49,985 bases of DNA from a virus (taxonomy: Duplodnaviria > Caudoviricetes): positions 1-49,985 of IMG/VR virus record IMGVR_UViG_3300022909_001078; one strand, written 5' to 3'. This document shows positions 29,410-39,457 of this stretch, in pieces. Each line of letters begins with the position of its first letter. The first letter of the stretch is position 1. The notes beneath the pieces were generated by a model. The model was not told where the DNA came from. It searched no databases and was given only the letters and a program-made list of their open reading frames with translations. The position numbers were made by a program, and so were the translations under genes.

Positions 29410-30027
29410 TTAGCCAGTTACAACCTGTCCAACTGTTCTTGCTACACTTGAACCAATACCATCACCTAATGGTGTTTGAACTGCATTGTCAAATCTTACA
29501 CTAAGAGTAATCATTGCTGGTTCTTGTGATGCATAGTCTAAATCATTGTAGTTTACATTGGCTATAAAACAACCATATAGTTCCCAAGTTTCAAGAACGT
29601 TAGGAGTACTAGCACCGTTACCACCATCTAATATTTCAAAACGTGTAATAAACTTATAATCAATACCTGAAGCTGCACTTGATTGTTCCATAAAATCAAA
29701 TTGCTTCTGTACTTGCTCGCCTACTAGTTTTGAAACTGAACCGTTTACATCATCACGTAAGTTTACTGTGATTTGTTCCCAAGTATGTTTACCTACTAAG
29801 TATACTTTACTGTTGTAAATATCAATTATGTTCTCTTCAAATGTAACACTAGGACGAGTTATATTCATTATTTGTTTTGTCATTTCAGTTCTAGGTGTGC
29901 TTACACCAAAGTTTTCAAAACTCGCTCTAAAACGATATTTTAGTTTTGGCATTAACAAGCCTTGGCTTGCCGCACTCTGGTCACCGTCAATAGGTACTGT
30001 AAACTTTGTTAATGATGAAACTGACAT
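29410..30027 (-). CDS. 19: Tail tube protein (gp19-like)
   Basis: PKLKYRFR, GKHTWEQITVNLRDD, WELYGCF and ITLSVRFDNA; follows the sheath gene. Confidence 0.85.
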   Translation of the reverse strand: MSVSSLTKFTVPIDGDQSAASQGLLMPKLKYRFRASFENFGVSTPRTEMTKQIMNITRPSVTFEENIIDIYNSKVYLVGKHTWEQITVNLRDDVNGSVSKLVGEQVQKQFDFMEQSSAASGIDYKFITRFEILDGGNGASTPNVLETWELYGCFIANVNYNDLDYASQEPAMITLSVRFDNAVQTPLGDGIGSSVARTVGQVVTG

Positions 30028-30078
30028 TTCATTCTGCTCCTAATCTAATTATAAAAGTATTTATCAGTTTTTTGTCAT

Positions 30079-30104
30079 AAAAAATGGGGGTATAAACCCC
30101 CATT
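30079..30104 (-). terminator. Rho-independent terminator after the sheath gene
   Basis: AATGGGGGT/ACCCCCATT hairpin plus U-run; a late promoter at 30058-63 restarts transcription for the tube gene. Confidence 0.75.
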
Positions 30105-30122
30105 GTATTTTTTTAATTTTTG

Positions 30123-33100
30123 TTAAACTGTGCTTGAAGCTGCTACGTTTCCACTTGCAATTTCACCAGTATTCTTTAATCTTATTGGAATAAAGATAAA
30201 CTCTGCTGATTTTACAGGTTCAATAGCAACGTCTACATATAATTCATTACGATCAATTCTATCTGATGTATTATTTGTGTCATCACATACAACCAAATAA
30301 TCATAAACACCACGCTTTGCAACTAAATCATTAAGTGTTTGCTCAATCTGTTGCTTTATTTCGTCTCTTGTTATTTTATCATTTGGTTCAAATACAAAGC
30401 CTGTAGCAATTGTCTGTAATTGTCGTCTTAAATATCCTGTTAATCTTGATACGTTAATACGATCTAATGCACTTGTAGATACAGCTCTTGTTTTATTTCC
30501 ATAGTTTAGTATTCCGCTACCTTGGAAAAATGCTATTGGATTAACTCTATTTGTGTATAGTGTATCTCTTACACTTTCACGAATATTGTCGTTTATAAAT
30601 GCACCTGTTGATGCACTAATATATCCAATACTTGCAACATTGTCTACTAGTCCACGCCTTGTGCCTGCAGGAGCAAACCAAGGGAAACTAATATCGTCAC
30701 TTCTTGCAATTGTTCTTAATATTGCATGACTTGCTGGAACAACAATTGTGTTATTATTTAAATCGTTTGTTGTTGCACTAGGATAAAACACTGCCAAATA
30801 TGGATCACTTGTTACTAATCCATCTTCATTATTATCTGAAGCTGCTGCAGCATTTGTTGCCCAGTTTTCTATAGCAGTACTTGTTGCAGCTAATCTCATT
30901 GGGCTATCGCCTACAACAAAAGCAGTTTGACGTCTATCATTATTTAAACTTACCATGTTGCTTATAAGCTCTGGGTATCCAGGAGCCGCAATTACATTAA
31001 ATGTTCTTGCATCTTCACGTAATTCTGCACTAGCATCTAATGCACTCTTCATTGCATTTACAACTACTGTTCTTACTGCCTTACGTCCAAATGTACTTCC
31101 GCTACTTGTTACCCATGCATCCTTTTCAGTAGGAAGTGTAGGATATAATGTAGTGCTACTAAAGTTTGTTCTACTAAAGTAATCTGATTTAAATTGTTTT
31201 ACACCATATGTGCTACGTCTTGTATTGAATAGTAGTATCCCACGTGGATAAACAGTAGGGTCAGGTCTATCAATATCTAAGTAGTCACTTGTCAGTAAAG
31301 TCTTTGTGGTTGGAATAGTGCCAGTGACAACATCTGTTGTGCCGTCACCCATAAAACGTGCATCACCAAAAATTATTCCATTTTCAGTTGTAGTATCTGT
31401 CTTATCTATAGCAACCCATTTTGCTTCACCGTCTACAGTCTGACGTCTGTAAAGTGCTGGATAATTTTCTAAGTCACTTGTGTCAATCCATAAATCACCA
31501 TTTACTAGCACACTATCATCACTTTGTAGTGTAGGAGCAGTAGTACTAAAAATTACACCGTTTGGATCTGTATCACCTAATGCAAATCCTCTTGTATCTG
31601 TAATATTTTGGTATCCTTGCCATGTTGTTCCATTATGTATCATAATGTCTGCTTCAAATCCGCCTGCATACCAATATGTATCTGCATCTGGATTTGCACT
31701 TGGAGCACTTGTACTTGCAGTATATGTAGGAGCAATCCAGTTACTTACTATTAAATCACTGTTATTACCTGCTCTGACTTGTCCTGTTGTAATACTTGTA
31801 GTAATACCTGCATCTGTTAAAGGAGTACCTGATGTATCTTTAAGAATTATCACTCCGCCTAAACTGTGAGAAATTACCAAGTATCCACCTGTGTCTACAC
31901 TTGCACTTACATTACTTACATTTGCGGCATTTATATCACTTGCCATATCTGCTAATGATGTACCACTTAATGTTACTGTAACTGCAGTGCTAAGTGTTGT
32001 ACTGTTTGCTGAACTAGCCTGTATTGTAAACTGTTCACTTGCAGTTAATGGAGTAGCACTATTTACTAACCCAGTAATACTTGTTGCGCCTGTACTATAT
32101 CTTTGAAACAATTTATATGTAACAGTATCGTTTTCTGTAACGTCATATTGTACATAATAACTTCCTGTACTAATATCTTTACCACCTGTAGTATCTAGAT
32201 TCTTAAGTGCAGTTTGGTCATTTTCATATGCTGGTGCAGTACTTGAAACAAATGCTGCAGTTGCAGTATTATATGCACTTACGTCTGCTAAAAATCCTAA
32301 GTTACTTGAAGTAGTTTTTACCCAAACACTGCCTGTTGGACGTGGGGTAGTATCTGTTGATTTCCATGCTGGAACTGTATAGTGTGGATCTTGTGCAATT
32401 AATGGTCTTGCATAAGTTCCTGCAGTTAAACCTGCATCAGTAAGAATTGTTCCACTTGCATTTGCTAGTACAATTTTACCATCTGCAACACTGTCTACAC
32501 CTACTGCAGTACTGTTAGCAAAAATTTCAATTTTATTACTGTGTACTGCTGCAGTAACGCCTGTAATACTTGCATTGTTTATACTTGTTGCTAATTCAGC
32601 AACTGTGCTACCAACCATTGTTACAGTTGTGCCGTTAATTGTTATACTATCACCGTTTGTAAACCTTGGACTTGCAATTGTTCCTGCAACAGTAGCATGA
32701 GCTATTTGCCAACTTGCACTTCCTACTAGTACCCAAGCATTGCTTCTGTTTTTATAATAAACAGGATTACTTGTATTTGTAGCAACTAGTGCATAATCAC
32801 CTATAGCACCAATTGAAGTTTTTGGAACACCAGTATCTAAGTCAGTTGTGCTTGTAATTACTGTAGGAATTTTATTTGTAAATGCACCTGTACTCTGGTT
32901 CCATTCGAAAATTCCCCAACGTGTATCTGCACTTACGTCCCACCATACTGTATTATTTGTAGGATTTCCTAATGGACGATTAGTACTACTTGCTAGTTGA
33001 GCTAGATCTATATCTGCTCTTGTTACGTATGCTCTGTTGCTTACGCCTAGTAAACTGTAAGCTGCCATTAATCCATATTCATTTAACTCGTATCCATTTA

Positions 33101-33350
33101 TAGGAGTACCTGCAGTTGTGTTATAAAATGTTGGATTTCCAAATGTAGCAGTAAGTTCTCTTTGACTTCCAATTAAGTAAGTCTTGCCTGCATTTGCTGG
33201 AGTAGTTCCTGCTGCAGTGCCTGTACCTGTTCCACTTGTTTTATTCTCTGCAGTTGCAATCACTATTGCTGCTACTGTGCCTGCTGTTGATGGTGTGTAA
33301 TTACTTTCGTCTATTACTGTAACTTCTACACCTGGTGATATAAGTGCCAT
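30123..33350 (-). CDS. 18: Contractile tail sheath protein (gp18-like)
   Basis: MALISPGVEVTVIDES, PWFAPAGTRRG, NRVNPI, ALDRINVSRL, FVFEPND and EFIFIPI. Confidence 0.95.
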   Translation of the reverse strand: MALISPGVEVTVIDESNYTPSTAGTVAAIVIATAENKTSGTGTGTAAGTTPANAGKTYLIGSQRELTATFGNPTFYNTTAGTPINGYELNEYGLMAAYSLLGVSNRAYVTRADIDLAQLASSTNRPLGNPTNNTVWWDVSADTRWGIFEWNQSTGAFTNKIPTVITSTTDLDTGVPKTSIGAIGDYALVATNTSNPVYYKNRSNAWVLVGSASWQIAHATVAGTIASPRFTNGDSITINGTTVTMVGSTVAELATSINNASITGVTAAVHSNKIEIFANSTAVGVDSVADGKIVLANASGTILTDAGLTAGTYARPLIAQDPHYTVPAWKSTDTTPRPTGSVWVKTTSSNLGFLADVSAYNTATAAFVSSTAPAYENDQTALKNLDTTGGKDISTGSYYVQYDVTENDTVTYKLFQRYSTGATSITGLVNSATPLTASEQFTIQASSANSTTLSTAVTVTLSGTSLADMASDINAANVSNVSASVDTGGYLVISHSLGGVIILKDTSGTPLTDAGITTSITTGQVRAGNNSDLIVSNWIAPTYTASTSAPSANPDADTYWYAGGFEADIMIHNGTTWQGYQNITDTRGFALGDTDPNGVIFSTTAPTLQSDDSVLVNGDLWIDTSDLENYPALYRRQTVDGEAKWVAIDKTDTTTENGIIFGDARFMGDGTTDVVTGTIPTTKTLLTSDYLDIDRPDPTVYPRGILLFNTRRSTYGVKQFKSDYFSRTNFSSTTLYPTLPTEKDAWVTSSGSTFGRKAVRTVVVNAMKSALDASAELREDARTFNVIAAPGYPELISNMVSLNNDRRQTAFVVGDSPMRLAATSTAIENWATNAAAASDNNEDGLVTSDPYLAVFYPSATTNDLNNNTIVVPASHAILRTIARSDDISFPWFAPAGTRRGLVDNVASIGYISASTGAFINDNIRESVRDTLYTNRVNPIAFFQGSGILNYGNKTRAVSTSALDRINVSRLTGYLRRQLQTIATGFVFEPNDKITRDEIKQQIEQTLNDLVAKRGVYDYLVVCDDTNNTSDRIDRNELYVDVAIEPVKSAEFIFIPIRLKNTGEIASGNVAASSTV

Positions 33351-33455
33351 GTTCTCTTTCCTTTTATAAGGTATTTCATATACTGTTATTTATCCACACA
33401 CCCTATAATTAACCTATTTTGCAGAATCCCTTTAAAGGTATGGGTAAATACACAC

Positions 33456-33785
33456 ATGAGAGCTATTTGTGAACAATGCGGGCAACGTCCTAAAGCTATA
33501 AATTATATAAGAAATGATAAAAAGTATTATAGAAAGAAATGCGAGCAGTGTTTAAAATTACACAAACCTGTTAAACCATTGTGGGTAGATAGTGGATATA
33601 AAGTAAAAAGAAAATGTGAGGCTTGCGGATTTAAACCAAGTATGAGAAGTCAAGTTACTGTTTTTTATATAGACGGTAACTTAAAAAATGTTAACAACCG
33701 TAATCTGAAAACGGTATGCCTGAACTGTAATCAGGAGTTGATAAAGTTTGGTTGGAATCGAGGTGACTTAACACCTGATGTTTAA
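33456..33785 (+). CDS. Zn-finger protein with degenerate HNH-like motif
   Basis: Four CxxC pairs; VFYIDGNLKN..NLKTVCLNC; TAAATA-N5-ATG start. Confidence 0.7.
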   Translation: MRAICEQCGQRPKAINYIRNDKKYYRKKCEQCLKLHKPVKPLWVDSGYKVKRKCEACGFKPSMRSQVTVFYIDGNLKNVNNRNLKTVCLNCNQELIKFGWNRGDLTPDV

Positions 33786-34380
33786 GATCTTCCATTGACC
33801 CATTGTTATCAATTGTAACTGTGAACTCCTCATCACGTCTTGCCCATTTCCATTCACTTGCATGTACTTCAGGAAAAACAACCTTCATAGGATTATTCGA
33901 CTCTTCACTTGAATTTGATTCATTACAATTAATTGCAGTTTCCCACCATAGTGGAACATTACCACGTCTAACTTGCCAAACTTGGCCACCGATATCACGT
34001 ATCATATTTTGTTCATTTGAAAATCTTACATCTGGTATGACATAGTCGCCAGGATTTTCTACAAGTTCTTTTTTTAGTAAACTAACCCACACACCATCGT
34101 AGAAACCATCTCGCATACAGTCTGTGCCAAACTCTTGTAGCACTATTCTTGGAGTAATTGTTCTGCCTGTTTCAGCAGTCCAAAATTCATCAGGTTGTTC
34201 ACGCCAGGCTCTGCTTTCATCAGTATCACCTTCAAGCATAGCTCTATCCCAACCAAATACAGTAGCAACACCATCTTTTAGTTTATCTGCAAAACTAACT
34301 TTTTTGTATCCTTGTTCTACAAGTATGTCTGCAACTGTGCCTTTGCCACTACCAATTAGTCCACATATTCCTATAATCAT
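33691..34380 (-). CDS. 1: Deoxynucleoside monophosphate kinase (gp1-like)
   Basis: IIGICGLIGSGKGT, SFADKLK, PRIVLQEFGT, PDVRFSNE and HASE. Confidence 0.9.
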   Translation of the reverse strand: MIIGICGLIGSGKGTVADILVEQGYKKVSFADKLKDGVATVFGWDRAMLEGDTDESRAWREQPDEFWTAETGRTITPRIVLQEFGTDCMRDGFYDGVWVSLLKKELVENPGDYVIPDVRFSNEQNMIRDIGGQVWQVRRGNVPLWWETAINCNESNSSEESNNPMKVVFPEVHASEWKWARRDEEFTVTIDNNGSMEDLKHQVLSHLDSNQTLSTPDYSSGIPFSDYGC

Positions 34381-35449
34381 ATTTCTGTTTCCGTATTACA
34401 TCAAGTTTATCTGTAAATGCCTTAAACTTTATGTTATCTCTATAATCTGTCTTAAGTTGAATTACTAGTGTTTTTAAAACTTTAATTGCATTATCATAAT
34501 CGTCAACTCTTTTGCTATTACTTAACTTTACAATACTACAATTTATTTTATCTGTCAACTGCTTACGAAATTCTTTTGGTAATATACACGGATGTAAATG
34601 TTGTGGGAAATCACATATATACATGTCTGCACCATAAGCATCTTGTTCATTTTCAATTATGTAATCTACTAAACTTTCAATATGAGGCACACTATATGCA
34701 CTTAATACAGTGTTAAACATAACACTACATTTTAGTGACAATATCTTTTTTATATTTTGATCTATTGTATCCCAATTTGTACCATACCTAATATATTCTG
34801 CAGGGTGTCCAACTGCATCTATACTAATAGTAATATGTAGGTTTTTAAATTTTTTTATACAATTTAAAAAGATATCATTTATCATACTTGCATTCGTTGT
34901 AATTAATAAATTTGTTTCTGCAGAACAAGTATCTAAAATCTCATAAAATTGCTGAATATAGGTTGGTTCTCCTCCAGTAAACATTAACTTTTTTACTTTG
35001 GGAACTATTTTTTTTATATCTTGGGATATTTGTTCTGTATGCTCAATATAATTCTTACTTAAAGAATATCCATAATATTCTTTTAAATTATGTTTATTGT
35101 TTTCTTTTGAAATTCTGCTACTAAAAATAGGCTCGCAACTTCTACATGCAAAATTACATTTATTACTCAGCCTTAAATCTACATATTCTACACTTGGAGT
35201 AACAGGTATTTTATATTCTTGTAAGCTGCGTTGTCGCAAACTTAATTGATTATTTTCTTCAAGTTGTTTACAATTACTACATCCTTTTGGCCATATTCCA
35301 TTTTCAAGTTCTGAGCGTACTGTTGCTAGTTCTTTACTATTCCAGTATTGTGTAGGTGTAAGGTTGCTATTTTCTGTAAAATTACAACAAGGTTTCGTGA
35401 AATTTTGACCAATAAACTGGTGCATATAGGGCAATGGGCATTTAATCAA
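34349..35449 (-). CDS. Radical SAM protein with SPASM/twitch-like N-terminus
   Basis: CPLPY..PCC..CSNC, CNFACRSC, GGEPT, TTNA, SIDA and EYIRYG. Confidence 0.85.
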   Translation of the reverse strand: MIKCPLPYMHQFIGQNFTKPCCNFTENSNLTPTQYWNSKELATVRSELENGIWPKGCSNCKQLEENNQLSLRQRSLQEYKIPVTPSVEYVDLRLSNKCNFACRSCEPIFSSRISKENNKHNLKEYYGYSLSKNYIEHTEQISQDIKKIVPKVKKLMFTGGEPTYIQQFYEILDTCSAETNLLITTNASMINDIFLNCIKKFKNLHITISIDAVGHPAEYIRYGTNWDTIDQNIKKILSLKCSVMFNTVLSAYSVPHIESLVDYIIENEQDAYGADMYICDFPQHLHPCILPKEFRKQLTDKINCSIVKLSNSKRVDDYDNAIKVLKTLVIQLKTDYRDNIKFKAFTDKLDVIRKQKYDYRNMWTNW

Positions 35450-35452
35450 TTT

Positions 35453-36208
35453 TTAACCTATTATAAATGAAAGTGGATCAGAACCATCTACATAATTACG
35501 TAGTTCTTCATCCAATTTATCAAGTTCAACTTGTGCTTCTGCTTTTAATGCATCACCATTCAAACTTGTGCCACCTTGAGGTCCAGCAATAGTACTAAAC
35601 TTACTACGTGCTTCACCTAGTGTGTATTTTGCTAGTGCAAGTGCATAGTCTTGTATCCAAGGACCTGAATGTCTATCTTCAAGTAGTCTACTTTCTGGAC
35701 GTAAGTTATATGTCCAAAGAACAATTTGTTCACCGTCTGCACTAAACTTACGAAGTAGTGTAATCTTTTTAGTTACAGGATTAAATTCGAAATTAATAAA
35801 TCCGCCAAATAACCTTGCACTTAATTCTTGGTACTGATAGTACATTTCATATGTAGCCATACCACCTATTCTACCACTTTGCAGCAAGTAAGTGTTCTGG
35901 AATGCAGCCTCAAATGGTTCAAACTGTGTGCCAGTATCACTACTGCCACTTCCTACACTACGTCTAAATGCTTGACGTACTTCCTCTATCTCATCAGGTA
36001 ATGTATATTCTTGTTGTTCTTTGACAACACTTAAAAATACATAAGAACTTTCATATGCATTTTGACTACGTTGTCTGAAACGTTTTATAGATTTGTCTAT
36101 TACATTATCATAATGATCTGGATCAAGTTCTACATCTACCATCCCGTCGCCTAAACGAAAACGGATGTAGTCTATTGTGTCTGCTCTTAAACTTGCTAGT
36201 GTCGCCAT
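35453..36208 (-). CDS. 13: Neck protein (gp13-like)
   Basis: RLGDGMVDVELD, YTLPDEI, WIQDYALALAK..LGEARSKF and GPQGGTSLNG. Confidence 0.8.
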   Translation of the reverse strand: MATLASLRADTIDYIRFRLGDGMVDVELDPDHYDNVIDKSIKRFRQRSQNAYESSYVFLSVVKEQQEYTLPDEIEEVRQAFRRSVGSGSSDTGTQFEPFEAAFQNTYLLQSGRIGGMATYEMYYQYQELSARLFGGFINFEFNPVTKKITLLRKFSADGEQIVLWTYNLRPESRLLEDRHSGPWIQDYALALAKYTLGEARSKFSTIAGPQGGTSLNGDALKAEAQVELDKLDEELRNYVDGSDPLSFIIG

Positions 36209-36236
36209 TAGTGTATCCTTGTATATACACTATTTA

Positions 36237-37385
36237 TTAATTATTGACTGCCTTAAGTATAACTGTATCATTGTTAATCCTACCATTAAGTTTAGTCTCA
36301 ACACCTTTTATATTTGGTAAAAATTTACGTAATTGTACTTTACCACTTTTATTAAATTCTGCAAGTTGTTGTTCAGGCTTACGTAGTGTTTTTGCTATAC
36401 TCTCTTTTTCATTAAAGAATTGCAATGTTGTACCTTTAACTTGTAGAGTTTGGTGTTCTTCTGCAATGTACTTGCCTATTTTTCTTGTCTTTGTGTTAAA
36501 GACCCACAGTTCATTACACCCTATAATATCAGCAGGATTTATACTAGCAACTTTGTACTTTTCGTCTGACTTACAGTATTTCATTTTTGCAACTAATTTT
36601 TCTGCACTCTTAGGTTTAGGTGACCTTGTTTTTCTATTTGCTTTGCTTTCTGCAGTAATTAAATCACATGCACCCACAATACCCTGAAACAGATCTACTG
36701 CTTTTTTAACATCTACTTTATCTAGATGTGAGTAACCTTCTCTAAGTTGTTCGTCTTGTTCACTAACAGGTTTTTGCAACATCAGATATTCACCTAATAT
36801 TCCTTCATAGTAACTACGAATATGTCTTGCATGTGCTTGGTTAACTTGCATTGCTCTAAAGAATTTTACACTATCAAATTTTTTAAATGATTTAGGGTCT
36901 TCAATAAATTTATCTACTTGTTCATCTATTTCTGCAATAATGTTGCTACTTGCTTCTTTTATACGTTCTTGTATACTAGGCACATAAACGTTTTTAGGTG
37001 TTTTAGCCTCTTCTGCTTTTACTTCTTCTACAATAGATAGCCCTTTATTATAAAGTTGATCAAAGTATCCTGTCATCCAATTTACACTATCTTCTGGGGC
37101 ATCTTTGCCTTCTGCTACCCAGTGGCAATAAGATGCTACAAATTGTTTAGCAAACATAGTTTCTTTATTTTTAAGAATTATCCTAACTCGTTCTTTATCA
37201 TAAACTTTCTTTATGTGTGCCTTGACTATTGTAACACATTCTTTAGAATCTACATTGAAATGGAAATAGTCTGTATGTTTTTTGTAATCATCCAAAGGTG
37301 CCGCCTTTGCACCTGTAGTTTTCCTACGTGTTATAGTTTTCTTTTTAGATAATTTTTTACCTTTTAGTGCAGTAATACTAGCCAT
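36237..37385 (-). CDS. Conserved hypothetical T4-like phage protein
   Basis: SINPADIIG..LWVFNTKTRK..VKGTT..KTLRKPE..GRINNDT. Confidence 0.65.
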   Translation of the reverse strand: MASITALKGKKLSKKKTITRRKTTGAKAAPLDDYKKHTDYFHFNVDSKECVTIVKAHIKKVYDKERVRIILKNKETMFAKQFVASYCHWVAEGKDAPEDSVNWMTGYFDQLYNKGLSIVEEVKAEEAKTPKNVYVPSIQERIKEASSNIIAEIDEQVDKFIEDPKSFKKFDSVKFFRAMQVNQAHARHIRSYYEGILGEYLMLQKPVSEQDEQLREGYSHLDKVDVKKAVDLFQGIVGACDLITAESKANRKTRSPKPKSAEKLVAKMKYCKSDEKYKVASINPADIIGCNELWVFNTKTRKIGKYIAEEHQTLQVKGTTLQFFNEKESIAKTLRKPEQQLAEFNKSGKVQLRKFLPNIKGVETKLNGRINNDTVILKAVNN

Positions 37386-37557
37386 TAAAGTATTCCTTTT
37401 GTATTTGCTCTTCTAACCTGTTAAACTCTTCTCTTTTGCGATCAATTATATCATCAATTTTTCTAATTGCAGATATAACTTCAGGCTTGTTATTTACATT
37501 TTTTAAACTAGTTATTGTGCCTTCTAATTCTTGTATGTCCTGTAGTATGTCGTTCAT
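37378..37557 (-). CDS. Small coiled-coil hypothetical protein
   Basis: Start refined to the ATG following SD GAGG; coupled to the next gene. Confidence 0.5.
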   Translation of the reverse strand: MNDILQDIQELEGTITSLKNVNNKPEVISAIRKIDDIIDRKREEFNRLEEQIQKEYFNG

Positions 37558-37564
37558 TATTCCC

Positions 37565-37846
37565 TCATAAAAGTTTTGCATTTGTGCCTGTAATGATTGT
37601 TAGTTTCTTCATAATACTATTAACATCGTCTTTTGTCAACCAACCTCTTACAGTGTCACCTTTGTCAGTGATACCAGGCAATTCAATCTGATTTCCTGCA
37701 TCAAATACACTTATCTCATACAATCCTTTATCGTTTCCATATGATATTTCATTTTTGACTATACTTAATATATAATTGTCAAATTCATAATTTGCAGACA
37801 TTCCTTTGGGAAATTTAGTTTCTTTCATTACATCAGGATTAAACAT
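37565..37846 (-). CDS. Hypothetical protein
   Basis: SYG..KGLYEISVF..DTVRGWLT; start refined by SD AAGGAG. Confidence 0.6.
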   Translation of the reverse strand: MFNPDVMKETKFPKGMSANYEFDNYILSIVKNEISYGNDKGLYEISVFDAGNQIELPGITDKGDTVRGWLTKDDVNSIMKKLTIITGTNAKLL

Positions 37847-37847
37847 G

Positions 37848-38045
37848 TCATTCTCCTTTATCATTTACTAAACCTTGCTCAACACCTTTTATATGTTTAC
37901 ATTTACGCCATGCAGGACAGGTACATTCCCAACCTCTATCATACATAGTAACAATGTACTCATCACCTTTACTACCAATTACAGGCCATTGTACACCTAC
38001 TAAATGATGTCCTCGGGTTTCCATTAGTTCTGATGTATGTGCCAT
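37848..38045 (-). CDS. SWIM zinc-finger protein
   Basis: GSKGDEYIV..WECTCPAWRKCKHI (CxC..CxH). Confidence 0.7.
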   Translation of the reverse strand: MAHTSELMETRGHHLVGVQWPVIGSKGDEYIVTMYDRGWECTCPAWRKCKHIKGVEQGLVNDKGE

Positions 38046-39169
38046 TAGTCGTCCCTTTCGCCTGATCCATAATCAATAACAACAGGAAATCTAGGAACGC
38101 CGTCATTACTTAGTTCAAAGTATCTACATGTTGCCCAATTAATAGTATCTTTATCATTTAGTAACTGTGCAAGTTTGTCTTGTGAACCTCTAACTCCACT
38201 ACTAAATTGTGTACCGTCTGCAAGTTCAAGTATAAATCTTTTTGCATACCCTGCCCAATTACCATTACCTTCTTGTATTTCTACAACTTTATATTCTTCT
38301 GTGATGAACTCTTTTCTCTTTAGCAAGTTTTTAGTTCTCTTAAATTCATAAGCAGTATCCTGCCTAATCATCTGACCTTCATATCCAGCAGTTGTATATT
38401 CACCATACAATTTGTCTATATCTGCTGATGTATTTGCTTCGTCATATTTTACTAAAACTATGTTATTACCTGAAACATTTTCACTTATCCACTTTGCTCT
38501 TTGTGTAAAAGTCATATCTGGATTTGCACTATCAAACATATCATAAACATGATACTGTACTAATTCAGCACTTTCTGCTAATTCATCTGCGCCTAAGTTT
38601 ACTGTTTTTCTTACTAAACTTGTAATCTTTTGAAAGTTATCTTTAAGTTCATGATTGTAAAGTTCCCCGTCTAATGTAACTGTAGGAAACTGTTTGATAA
38701 AATCTTTTAATTGCTCTGCAATATGTGGAACTGCAACAATCTTTTTATTGCTTCTACTGTAAAGTCCTCTACTGTTTACAACCATTCTAATACCATCTAG
38801 TTTAGGTTGTGTATAGCCACTTTCTACAGGAGTCTTTGTAAAATCATGTGCTAACATTGGCTTAAAAGCAGTATAAGAATCAATTTCATTAATATCCTCA
38901 AAATACTCTTTTTCTACTCTTTTATCCCATTCTGCTTGTGCTTCTGCTTTTGCTTGTGTAATATTTGTAGTACTGTTTGCTCTGCCTACATTTTTTGCTT
39001 CAGTAATATACCATTCACTTGTAACTTTTTTACCATCCTGCAAACCTGAGATAGTTCTTGTACCTGCTTGTGTTTCATCTAAGTTCCAACCATACTGCAT
39101 AGTCCACTCACGTACTTTTCCAGTAGTATCTCTTTTGTATAATTTGGGTAAATTGTAGATTGTTTGCAT
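38045..39169 (-). CDS. lig: ATP-dependent DNA ligase
   Basis: KPMLAH, QPKLDGIR (motif I), LDGELY, YHVYD, EGQMIR, LLKRK and PRFPV. Confidence 0.92.
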   Translation of the reverse strand: MQTIYNLPKLYKRDTTGKVREWTMQYGWNLDETQAGTRTISGLQDGKKVTSEWYITEAKNVGRANSTTNITQAKAEAQAEWDKRVEKEYFEDINEIDSYTAFKPMLAHDFTKTPVESGYTQPKLDGIRMVVNSRGLYSRSNKKIVAVPHIAEQLKDFIKQFPTVTLDGELYNHELKDNFQKITSLVRKTVNLGADELAESAELVQYHVYDMFDSANPDMTFTQRAKWISENVSGNNIVLVKYDEANTSADIDKLYGEYTTAGYEGQMIRQDTAYEFKRTKNLLKRKEFITEEYKVVEIQEGNGNWAGYAKRFILELADGTQFSSGVRGSQDKLAQLLNDKDTINWATCRYFELSNDGVPRFPVVIDYGSGERDD

Positions 39170-39203
39170 AATTGGTCCTCTTCTCTTTTCTAACTATATA
39201 ATT

Positions 39204-39231
39204 AATATAACATAGTTTAGAGAAGTGTCAA
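39204..39231 (-). promoter_or_regulatory. Sigma70-type (early) promoter of the ligase operon
   Basis: TTGACA-N16-TATATT with an extended TG element. Confidence 0.55.
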
Positions 39232-39232
39232 C

Positions 39233-39457
39233 CTATTTTATAAGAAAAACTTTGAAACTTCCAGGATTGTGTGGAGTTCTACTGCATGATTTTGTGTGTG
39301 GATGATTACTAACCCATATAGGAAATTCTTTCATTATAGCACCTTGTCCAGTAACAACAACTACATATTTCAATTTCTCATAGTAAGCATCTTGTATTTT
39401 ACTATTAAATACACTCCATGCACTATGTATAGGAAGTCCATGTAAATCAAGTTTCAT
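39233..39457 (-). CDS. Stand-alone Smr domain protein
   Basis: MKLDLHGL..VVVVTGQG..NPGSFKV; start at 39457 by TAAATA-N5-ATG. Confidence 0.8.
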   Translation of the reverse strand: MKLDLHGLPIHSAWSVFNSKIQDAYYEKLKYVVVVTGQGAIMKEFPIWVSNHPHTKSCSRTPHNPGSFKVFLIK

